A stretch of DNA of 53,649 nt from assembly GCA_045863855.1 (NCBI GenBank), contig BTVV01000035.1, forward strand, positions 1 through 53,649, read 5' to 3'. Both the position numbers and the translations under genes were made by a program. This DNA is from Planctomycetota bacterium. Lineage in GTDB: Bacteria > Planctomycetota > SZUA-567 > H5-PLA8. How positions within the stretch are numbered: the stretch's first letter is position 1; every line of letters begins with the position of its first letter. Under the pieces are notes generated by a model. The model was given only the letters and a program-made list of their open reading frames with translations, did no database searches and was not told the DNA's origin. Positions 35,372 through 43,741 of this stretch are shown one piece after another.

Positions 35372-36412
35372 CTACTTCAACTCCTCCATGATCTCCGCCA
35401 GCGCCGCAGGCGGCGGGCGCAGCATCTCTACGCCCAGCGCGGAGAGCGGTTCGTCGACCAGCCCGCATTGCGTATCGAAGGCCGGCCGCGACGGATCGAA
35501 GTACAACAGCCCCGTCGGGAGCAGCTTTTCGCCGCGCGCACGCTCGAACAGTTCGAAAGCCGCGCGCCGGCTCTGCGGATCGTAATCCGCCGCCGTGCGC
35601 AGCAGGCGGATCGCCGAACCGTCGTGCAGCGCCAGTTCGCGCACTTCGCCCGGCTCTAATTCGATCTCCGGATGCGGCTCGAAATGCGGGATGAAATCGA
35701 TCGCGTGCAGCGGCTCTTCGTGCTCTTTCACGTAACCGTACGACTTCGTCGAACTCGGATGATTGTTGAAGGTGACGCACGGCGATACGACATCGATCAG
35801 CGCCGTGCCGTCGAAGCTCAAGGCGGCCTTCAAGAGCGCCGCCAGCTGAGTACGGTCGGCGCTGAAAGTCCGCGAGACGAACCCGCAGCCCAGTTCCAGC
35901 GCCAGCGCGCAGCAATCGATCGGCGTCTGCCGGTTCACCTCGCCGCCCCGGTGCACGCTCCCCTCGTCGGCCGTCGCGCTGAACTGGCCTTTGGTCAGTC
36001 CGTACACGCCGTTGTTCTCGATAATGTACGCCATGCGTACGTTCCGCCGCAGCAGGTGCGCGAACTGTCCCAGCCCGATGGAAGCCGTATCGCCGTCGCC
36101 CGTCACGCCCAGCCCGATCAGCGAACGGTTGGCCAGCAACCCCCCCGTCGCGATCGACGGCATCCGCCCGTGCGTCCCGTTAAAGCCTTGCGCGCGGCTC
36201 AGGAAATACCCCGGCGTCTTCGACGAACAGCCGATCCCGCTGAATTTCGCCACGCGATGCGGAGGAATATTCAGCTCGTAGCACACAGCGATGATTTGCG
36301 CCGTCACCGAATCGTGCCCGCAGCCCGGGCAGAGCGTCGACTTCCCGCCCGCATACGCTCCGCGGCCCAATCCCAGGGCATTGGTTGAAGTAGAAGTTGT
36401 TTGAGCAGACAT
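35372..36412 (-). CDS. korB: 2-oxoacid:ferredoxin oxidoreductase beta subunit
   Basis: LCPGCGH, SGIGCSSK, HGR, TPP motif GDGD..SIG..NN, YGLTKGQ.S, SPCVTFN. Confidence 0.95.
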   Translation of the reverse strand: MSAQTTSTSTNALGLGRGAYAGGKSTLCPGCGHDSVTAQIIAVCYELNIPPHRVAKFSGIGCSSKTPGYFLSRAQGFNGTHGRMPSIATGGLLANRSLIGLGVTGDGDTASIGLGQFAHLLRRNVRMAYIIENNGVYGLTKGQFSATADEGSVHRGGEVNRQTPIDCCALALELGCGFVSRTFSADRTQLAALLKAALSFDGTALIDVVSPCVTFNNHPSSTKSYGYVKEHEEPLHAIDFIPHFEPHPEIELEPGEVRELALHDGSAIRLLRTAADYDPQSRRAAFELFERARGEKLLPTGLLYFDPSRPAFDTQCGLVDEPLSALGVEMLRPPPAALAEIMEELK

Positions 36413-36507
36413 TTCAAAATCCTCACCGAGCCGAACGAATCAACTAAAACGGAAAGGGTAGGTCAAGACTCAGCAAGCTCCGTTGGCCGTTAATCCAAAG
36501 CCCCACA

Positions 36508-38367
36508 TTACGCCACCACCTCCGCGGCAATCGTCGCCGCATCGATCGGCATACCGCCAAAATGCAGGATCGACCGGAATTTGGACGCCAGTTCACCGGG
36601 CAATTCGGCCTTCAAAATCGAGCGCATCTGCCCGTCGCGGTTCTGCTCGATCACGTAAACCGTCTCGTGCCGCCGCACGAACGCTTCCACCTCCGGATGC
36701 GGCGGCAGCGCGCGCAGGCGCAGGTACTCCGTCGCCACGTCTTGCGCCGACAGCAGGTCGCGCGCTTCTTCCACCGCTGCGTGCGAACTCCCGAAGGCCA
36801 GCAAGCCGATCCGCGCCCCCGCGTCGCCCGTCATGATCGGCGCCGGCAACGCCGTGCGCGCCGTCTCGTACTTCCGCGCGATCCGTTCCAGGTTTTGCGC
36901 GTACTCCGCCGGATCTTCCGTGTACTGGCCCTTCGCATTATGCCCGCTGCCGCGCGTCAAAAAGCCGGAGTCCGGATGTGCGTTACCGGGCAGCGTGCGG
37001 CGCGGAATCCCGTCGCCGTCCGGATCTTCGTAGCGGAAAAACGGCCGGCCTTGCTGCGCCAGCGATTTTAACTCCTCTTCGCTCAGCACCTTTCCGCGGT
37101 CCAGTCCCGCGGCCGGGTAGGGGAAGGGGTCGGCCATCCAGAGGTTCATGCCCAGGTCCAGATCGCTGAGCACGAAGACCGGCGCCTGGAAGCGTTCGGC
37201 CAGATCGAACGCCTGGCCCGTCAGTTCGAAGCATTCGCGCGGCGTGCCGGGGATCACGCAGAGCTGCTTCGTGTCGCCGTGGCTCAGGTAATACACCTGC
37301 AAAAGGTCCGCCTGCTGAGTGCGCGTCGGCAGACCCGTCGACGGCCCCGCGCGCTGCACGTCCACGATCACCGCCGGAATCTCGGCGTAATACGCGTAGC
37401 CCGCCCACTCCGACATCAGGCTGATCCCCGGACCGCTCGTCGCCGTCATCGCCCGCGCACCGGCCCAGCCCGCGCCCAGCACCATCCCGATGCTCGCCAG
37501 TTCGTCCTCCGCCTGCACCGCCGCGAAGGTGAACTTGCCCGTCGCGGCGTCGCGTCGGTAGCGCCGAGCGTAATCGATGAACGCCTCGCACAAGCTAGAC
37601 GACGGCGTAATCGGATACCACGCCAGCACCGCGCAGCCCGCGAAGAGCGCGCCAAGCGCCGCCGCGCTGTTTCCGTCGACGATGATCTTCCCCGCGGTTT
37701 CTTGCATCGGTTCGACGCGGTATCCGCACGAACCACGGAAGCGTTCGCGCGCGTACGCCGCGCCCAGTTCCAGCGCCGCGCGGTTCGAAGCGATCGCCTT
37801 CTCTTTGCCCTTCAATTGCTGCCGCAGCGCACGGTCCAGCGCCGCCGCGTCGAGCCCCAGCAGCTCCGCGAGCACCCCCACGTACGCCATGTTCGACAGC
37901 AGCGTCCGGATCCGCGCGTCCGCGTTCGGCAGCCCGCCCACCAGTTTCGCGAACGGAACGCCGAAGAAACGCACATCGGCGCGCGAGCCTTCCAGCGCCA
38001 GCGGTTCGTCGTAAATACACAAACCGCCTGGCTGCAACCCCGCCACGTCGCGCGGCGCCGTTTGAGCGTTCATGCAGACCGCTACGTCGATCTCTTTGCG
38101 CCGCGCCACATATCCGTGCTTGCTCAAGCGCACCGCGAACCACGTCGGCAGGCCCTTGATGTTCGACGGAAACATGTTCTTCCCGCTCACCGGCACGCCC
38201 ATGTAGAAGATCGAGCGCAGCAGGACGTTGTTCGACGTCTGGCTGCCCGTGCCGTTTACGGTCGCGACCTGAATCGTGAAATCGTTGATCGGCGCTTCGA
38301 GCCGCATGGGGGGTGGAGGAGTGGGTTGCGCGTCCGGAAGTTTATCCACGAGCGCCAGCCCTCGCAT
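36508..38367 (-). CDS. korA: 2-oxoacid:ferredoxin oxidoreductase alpha subunit
   Basis: NGTGSQ, FPSNIKGLPTW, WYPITPSS, QAEDELA, ATSGPG, QRAGPSTGLPT, IEQNRDGQM. Start uncertain (ATG 38367, GTG 38349 or ATG 38307). Confidence 0.95.
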   Translation of the reverse strand: MRGLALVDKLPDAQPTPPPPMRLEAPINDFTIQVATVNGTGSQTSNNVLLRSIFYMGVPVSGKNMFPSNIKGLPTWFAVRLSKHGYVARRKEIDVAVCMNAQTAPRDVAGLQPGGLCIYDEPLALEGSRADVRFFGVPFAKLVGGLPNADARIRTLLSNMAYVGVLAELLGLDAAALDRALRQQLKGKEKAIASNRAALELGAAYARERFRGSCGYRVEPMQETAGKIIVDGNSAAALGALFAGCAVLAWYPITPSSSLCEAFIDYARRYRRDAATGKFTFAAVQAEDELASIGMVLGAGWAGARAMTATSGPGISLMSEWAGYAYYAEIPAVIVDVQRAGPSTGLPTRTQQADLLQVYYLSHGDTKQLCVIPGTPRECFELTGQAFDLAERFQAPVFVLSDLDLGMNLWMADPFPYPAAGLDRGKVLSEEELKSLAQQGRPFFRYEDPDGDGIPRRTLPGNAHPDSGFLTRGSGHNAKGQYTEDPAEYAQNLERIARKYETARTALPAPIMTGDAGARIGLLAFGSSHAAVEEARDLLSAQDVATEYLRLRALPPHPEVEAFVRRHETVYVIEQNRDGQMRSILKAELPGELASKFRSILHFGGMPIDAATIAAEVVA

Positions 38368-38516
38368 CGGAATAACGTATAACGTCCTGAATAGGCGTAG
38401 CGTTCGAGCAGCGTCTAGGACCTGCGAGTGCTCCGCCTACGACGTGCACGCCCGCCTGCACCTTAAGTATATCCGATCCGGAAGGGCATGACGCACCAAG
38501 TTCTGCACAGGTGTGA

Positions 38517-38537
38517 TTTATAGCAGTTTTATAGCAG
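38517..38537. promoter_or_regulatory. Tandem direct repeat TTTATAGCAG x2 (11-bp period) upstream of korA
   Basis: Exact 10-mers at 38517-38526 and 38528-38537 in AT-rich intergenic DNA. Confidence 0.4.
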
Positions 38538-38601
38538 AATCAGACTTTTGCCGCATGGTGCAACGATAGCGCATTCTTGTTTGTCAGCCGCAAAGCGTAC
38601 G

Positions 38602-41382
38602 CTAACTGCCCGGTCCGGCTTCCGCTTCGCGCACGAATTCGAGCACCTCCACGTGGCTGAAGTTCACGCGCGTCTTTTCGCCGCCCAGCCCCGCGCGCCG
38701 CACCGAAATCGGCTCCGGATCGTGGAACTCCAACACCTGCTTGCCGTTAATCAGCGCGCGCAACGTCGCGCCGCGTTTGAGCAGCACCAGTCGGTTCACC
38801 CGCGGCCGGTAAGGCGAATGCCCGCCTTCGTACTGGAACGGAAACGCCTCGTCCTGCGCCATGCGCGCCACTTCACGGCCCGCCCGGTACAGCACCGTCG
38901 CCTGGTGGTTCTCCGCGGAAACCACGAGCCGGTAACCCTTTGCAGCATCGAACTCCGGCGCCAGCAGCAGCTCAAGATCGTTAAACGCGTGGTGCACGTG
39001 GCTCGGATGGCGGTCCCAGCCGAACCATTCCGTGTGCTCTTCCGCGCTGCATGCGATCAATAAATCCGGCTCGAACGCGCGCTTGTGCCACATCCGCCCC
39101 GTGCTTTCCGGCGTCAGCAGCGAAATCCAACTCGAGGCCAGCACACAAGATATGCCGCCGTGATCCAGCCACGGGCCGCCTTCGCGCCACCAGTCCGTCT
39201 CGCGGCGCTGGAAATCGTACGCGAAGCTCCACGCCGCCGACCGCGGCCGGCGCAGTTCGATATCGTCGAAGGCCATGCGCCCACTGGAGATACGTAGCGC
39301 CACTTCGCCTCCGCCGTCGTGTTTCAGCGGAACGCTTTGCGTTGCGCCCCCGTCCAGCCGCACGCTCAGCGTAGCGTCTCGCGCCGAAATACTAAGTTCG
39401 TGCCAGGCTTCACCTTCCGGCAGCGCCACGCGCATCTCGGCGGCCGCGTCCGTGCCGCCTAACGCTATGCGTGTGCCCGTGCCCGGCGCCGCGTACAACG
39501 CGATTTCCGCCGCCGCGTCGCCGCTCAACTTTCGAATCTTCAGCCGCAGCTCCAGATCGCCATTAACCTCAAGCGCGTGAACGGCTTCCGATCCCGCGCC
39601 GTCGCCCGTCAGAGCGCCGTCGGCCAGCTTCCAACTCCCCGCCCGACGGTACCAGAAGCTCCGCTCCGACTGCTCGCTCCCCAGGATCGGCACCATTTTG
39701 GCGCGCCGCCGCAGCTTCTCTTTATCCGGCGAACGCGCGATCTCGGCCTCTTCCTCCGCTGTAAAGTCAAGGTAGTCCGAGGGATCCTCGACCTGTGCGC
39801 GGTCGAACGTGTACGGCCCCAGCCGCGCGACGGCTTCTTCGGGCCGGTCGAAGCAGACCGCCACGCGCTTCAAACGCGTCCCGCCACCGACCGGTGTCAG
39901 CGCGACCCGCTCCGGGAGCGCATCCGGACCGGCATGTCGAAAGACTTGCAGCCCATCGGGTTGCGCCAGCGCCTCCAAATTAGGCGCGAGCACCTCGCAT
40001 ACCGCCGATCCCGCTTCCGGTTCAACCAGCAGTTCGCGCACCTGCAAACCCGGCCACTGGATATGCAATTGCCCCGCGCGCCCTTCCAGCACCCGCCCGC
40101 CTTCCGGCGTCGCGACGCGCGACCACGCGGCATCCGGCGCGGGATCGAACGGAAGCTTCAGCGCCCCGCCATCTTCCGCCTGCCACGGACGTTCCACGAT
40201 CGCCACGTCGTCGAAGCTCGCTTCGCCGTCGGCCACGAACAAACCCGGTCGCGTCAGCCGCGCCGCAAGCCGGTGCGTGACCCATACTTCCGCGCCGTCG
40301 AGGCATACACGCAAGGTCCAGGCCCAGCGTTCGACCGTGAAGCGATGCCATTGTTCCGCGCGAAGTCGTTCGCCCAGCGGGATTTCCTGAGTGCCGAGGT
40401 CCGCGCCCTCCAGCGTCAGCGCCGCCGTTCCGCCGGAAACCCGCAAGCCCACGCGCAGCAGCGCCTCGGGCACGCCCTCGTCGAAGATCCAACCGGCCTT
40501 GCAATCCGAAGTGGGATAAAAACTTACTTCGGCCACGCAGCCCAGCCAAGGCGGCGCATCCAGCCACAGCCGCGCGCCGCTTTCCTGCGCTTTCCCGGCG
40601 AGCGCGTACTGGTTGGGAATCCGGTTAGGGTCCAAGCTGAACGCGATCTGCCACTCGCCTCCGTCCGTGCGCCAGCCTCCAAGTCCATGCCCCGGCGAAC
40701 GATCGAACGCATCGCCCGCGCGCCGCAGCGTCCAGGCGCCTTCGCGCCCCCACGAGCCCGCGGGTTGATAGGCCAGATCGGTGGTCAAGAGCGCCTGATC
40801 GACCGCGATGCCATCTTCGCGCTCCATAAGAGTTAAGGTGTGTGCGCCGGCGCTCAGCTCGATCTCGCCCGCCGCCACCCAATGCCACGCTTCGTAAACC
40901 TGATCGTTTCCCGCCACGCGCAGCGGTTCTTCGTCATCGAGCCCCCAAGCCACCGAGTTTCCGCACGAGTCGGACCAGCGCGCGCGTAACCATAGGCGGT
41001 ACGAGCCGTTGCGTTCGATCGCGAAGGGCACTCGCGCGCGTGCCGGTTGGCCGGGAATGGCCGAGCCCTGCGGTAACGCCAGTTCGATCCCTGACGCCGC
41101 CGCGGCCTGCGGGCGCAGCGCGAACGGAGCCGTCAACTCGCGCGCTTCGGCCATCGAGACGAGCACCGTCTGGTCCGGCAGCGCGCCATGCGGCGGCGCC
41201 GCCTCGCGTGGACCCACGCGTTCACCAAGGTCTTTTGTAGCCGCAGGTTGTACGCGAGCAGGAGCGGGCGCCAGCCAGACCGCGCCCAGCAGCAAGACCG
41301 TCAATCCGGCCAGCACCGTGAGCCGGTTCGCGAGGCTTGGACCGTGAGGCTGCTTCAAATCCCTGACCTCCCGAGCGCCCAC
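38602..41382 (-). CDS. Membrane-anchored protein with CBM6/35-like and repeated LamG/DUF1080-like beta-sandwich domains
   Basis: GTG with GGAGG RBS; N-terminal TM. G.YRLWLRA..NS..WHW..L.AG.HTLTL..REDG..VDQ..L is CBM-like. Three segments of WH...V.LDG..FDD / LINGK..D..GLG..FS type. Confidence 0.65.
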   Translation of the reverse strand: MGAREVRDLKQPHGPSLANRLTVLAGLTVLLLGAVWLAPAPARVQPAATKDLGERVGPREAAPPHGALPDQTVLVSMAEARELTAPFALRPQAAAASGIELALPQGSAIPGQPARARVPFAIERNGSYRLWLRARWSDSCGNSVAWGLDDEEPLRVAGNDQVYEAWHWVAAGEIELSAGAHTLTLMEREDGIAVDQALLTTDLAYQPAGSWGREGAWTLRRAGDAFDRSPGHGLGGWRTDGGEWQIAFSLDPNRIPNQYALAGKAQESGARLWLDAPPWLGCVAEVSFYPTSDCKAGWIFDEGVPEALLRVGLRVSGGTAALTLEGADLGTQEIPLGERLRAEQWHRFTVERWAWTLRVCLDGAEVWVTHRLAARLTRPGLFVADGEASFDDVAIVERPWQAEDGGALKLPFDPAPDAAWSRVATPEGGRVLEGRAGQLHIQWPGLQVRELLVEPEAGSAVCEVLAPNLEALAQPDGLQVFRHAGPDALPERVALTPVGGGTRLKRVAVCFDRPEEAVARLGPYTFDRAQVEDPSDYLDFTAEEEAEIARSPDKEKLRRRAKMVPILGSEQSERSFWYRRAGSWKLADGALTGDGAGSEAVHALEVNGDLELRLKIRKLSGDAAAEIALYAAPGTGTRIALGGTDAAAEMRVALPEGEAWHELSISARDATLSVRLDGGATQSVPLKHDGGGEVALRISSGRMAFDDIELRRPRSAAWSFAYDFQRRETDWWREGGPWLDHGGISCVLASSWISLLTPESTGRMWHKRAFEPDLLIACSAEEHTEWFGWDRHPSHVHHAFNDLELLLAPEFDAAKGYRLVVSAENHQATVLYRAGREVARMAQDEAFPFQYEGGHSPYRPRVNRLVLLKRGATLRALINGKQVLEFHDPEPISVRRAGLGGEKTRVNFSHVEVLEFVREAEAGPGS

Positions 41383-41488
41383 CTTTATACCTCCACGCGG
41401 CGGACTTGGACACCCATCCTCCTTAAGGATTTAGCGCCTTGGACCGGAGGGCTGACTTTCGTCATGGGGTCCGGTAGACTGGAGCGCC

Positions 41489-43732
41489 ATGAGTCGCTTT
41501 CGAGCCGCCTGGATCGTCGTCTGTGCAAGCGTTTTGCTCGCGCCTACTTGCGTGTGTGCCGGCTCCACCGGCGAGTTCGAGTACAAAGGCATCGCCTACG
41601 TTTCCTGGTGGCTCGACGAGTACCTCAGCGCCGATGCCGAGGCCAGCCTCGATGCCATGGCCGCAACCGGTGCAGATTCGGCCTCCATTCTCGTAACCTG
41701 GTATCAAGACACCAAGACCTCTAGCGAAATCCATCGCGTCAATACGCCACCGAACGACGACAAGACGCCGTCCGACGCCGCCGTCCGCGAAGCGATCCGC
41801 GACCTTAAAGCCCGCGGCCTCAAGGTGATGCTTAAACCGCACGTGGATGTCTGGGACGGCTCCTGGCGCGGCGAGATCAATCCGTCCGACAAGACCGCAT
41901 GGTTCGCCAGCTACACGGCTTTCATCACGCACTACGCGACGCTGGCGCAAGAAGAAGGTGTCGAGCTTTTCTGCATCGGCTGCGAACTCAAGCTCCTGAC
42001 GGGCTCGACGTATCTGGCGGCGTGGACCGAGGTTATCGATGCCGTCCGCGGCGAGTTTACGGGACCGCTCACCTACGCCGCCAACGCCGCGCAGCCCAGC
42101 GACGAGTACCAGTCCGTGGCTTTCTGGGACCAGCTCGACTTCGGCGGTGTCGACGTCTACTTCCCGCTCACCAATCTCGCCGCGCCCTCGATTGCGCAAC
42201 TCGAAGCCGCTTGGAGCAGCAACCGCTGGAGCCAGGACATGCTCACTGCGTTGCGTAACTGGCAGAGCAGCCTGGACATGCCGGTGCTCTTCACCGAGAT
42301 CGGCTACCAGAGCGCCGATCTGACCAACCAGACGCCTTGGTGGAGCGACGGAGCATTTGATGAGCAAGAGCAGGCCGATTGCTATGAAGCGGCCTTCCGC
42401 GTCTGGACGCAGGAATCCGCGTGGCTGAAAGGCATGTTCTGGTGGGGCTGGACGGTGGGTGCGCCCGCGGCGAACGACACGCAGTTTAACCCGCGCGGTA
42501 AACCCGCTGCCGGCGTGCTCTTGGATTGGTACGGCAACCAGCCGCCTGTCCTCGATTCGCCGCTTAGCGCCACGCCCAACCCGGCGGTGCTGGGCGAGCC
42601 CGTGGCCTTCGCGTGCGCGGGCTCCGATCCCGACGGCGACACGTTGCGCTACCGCTTCGACCCCGGCGATGGAAGTGCTCCGCAACTGATGGACGAGCCG
42701 GACTTTGTGTACAGCTACCAGGTCCCCGGAACCTACACCGCTCAAGTCGTGGCGCTGGACGAGGCGGAGTTCGAAAGCGAACCGTCCGAAGTGGACGTAA
42801 CCGTGGATGCTGCGCTAAACGCCGGAGGGCTTTACGTTAAACAAGCCAGCTACACCGTGTACTTCGACCGCTTGAACGCCGATAAGCTTGCGCTCTCTGG
42901 GCAGCTCGCGGCGGGTTGCCTGCCGCTCAATCCCAACGGCATCCGCGCGATCCTGGAACTCAACGGCGTACCCGTGCTCGACGTAAATCTAGACGCCGCA
43001 GGGCGTAGCAGTTCGACGACCGCGCGCGTGCAGTTCAACGCCAAGAACGGCGCGTACAGCATCGCGATGAAAACCGCCAATTTGCGCGCCAGCCTGAATC
43101 CTCCCGATGCCGACGGCGCCGGCGTTTTGCCGGTGCTGGCGCGGCTCACCTTAAGCGGCGGCAACTTAGTCCAGGACTTGGAGTTGGATGCGGGCTTCGA
43201 GTTCGCCACCGTGGGCAAGCTGGGACGGAGCAGCACGGGCAAGTTCCTGTATGCGCGCGGGCGGCACTCGAATCCCGTCTTCCTCGTTCAGAAGGTGCGC
43301 GCGACGCCCTCGAGCGGCGGGCATCTCTTCGTGCTCACGGGGCTTCTCGCTGCCGCCGGCGACGCTCCGCAACTCGTGAATGCCGCGGGAGATGCCGACG
43401 TTGCAGTGGCCCTGGGCGCGCAGACGGTCGAACTGCCCTTCGAAGCGCTCATCTTTTCAGGCGTGCCGGCCGCACCCGACTGGCGTATGAACCCCAAAGC
43501 CTTCGCAGCGCCGCCGGAACTCCGCTCGCTCCAACTGCGCCTTGGCAAGCGCACCTTTCAGGTGGGGACAGGGGTGCTTTTGGAGACTGGCCTGCCCGGT
43601 GCCGGAGAAGGCTCGAGCCTGCGCCTTCCGTTTCTGGTGCGTGTGGAACTGCAGACCGATGCGGGAGTTGCAACCTTCGAGGCGGCTCCGGTCCTGAGCC
43701 GCAGCAGCCTTCAGAGCGGAAGCTGGAAGTAA
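41489..43732 (+). CDS. Glycoside hydrolase family 113-like enzyme + PKD domain + unknown C-terminal domain
   Basis: Signal peptide; GLKVMLKPHVD, WRGEI, WFASY, IGCEL (acid/base), LTYAAN, GVDVYFPL, LFTEIGY (nucleophile), GMFWWGW. PKD: DPDGDTL.Y.FD.GDG...YQVPGTYT. Confidence 0.88.
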   Translation: MSRFRAAWIVVCASVLLAPTCVCAGSTGEFEYKGIAYVSWWLDEYLSADAEASLDAMAATGADSASILVTWYQDTKTSSEIHRVNTPPNDDKTPSDAAVREAIRDLKARGLKVMLKPHVDVWDGSWRGEINPSDKTAWFASYTAFITHYATLAQEEGVELFCIGCELKLLTGSTYLAAWTEVIDAVRGEFTGPLTYAANAAQPSDEYQSVAFWDQLDFGGVDVYFPLTNLAAPSIAQLEAAWSSNRWSQDMLTALRNWQSSLDMPVLFTEIGYQSADLTNQTPWWSDGAFDEQEQADCYEAAFRVWTQESAWLKGMFWWGWTVGAPAANDTQFNPRGKPAAGVLLDWYGNQPPVLDSPLSATPNPAVLGEPVAFACAGSDPDGDTLRYRFDPGDGSAPQLMDEPDFVYSYQVPGTYTAQVVALDEAEFESEPSEVDVTVDAALNAGGLYVKQASYTVYFDRLNADKLALSGQLAAGCLPLNPNGIRAILELNGVPVLDVNLDAAGRSSSTTARVQFNAKNGAYSIAMKTANLRASLNPPDADGAGVLPVLARLTLSGGNLVQDLELDAGFEFATVGKLGRSSTGKFLYARGRHSNPVFLVQKVRATPSSGGHLFVLTGLLAAAGDAPQLVNAAGDADVAVALGAQTVELPFEALIFSGVPAAPDWRMNPKAFAAPPELRSLQLRLGKRTFQVGTGVLLETGLPGAGEGSSLRLPFLVRVELQTDAGVATFEAAPVLSRSSLQSGSWK

Positions 43733-43741
43733 CCTTCGCGC

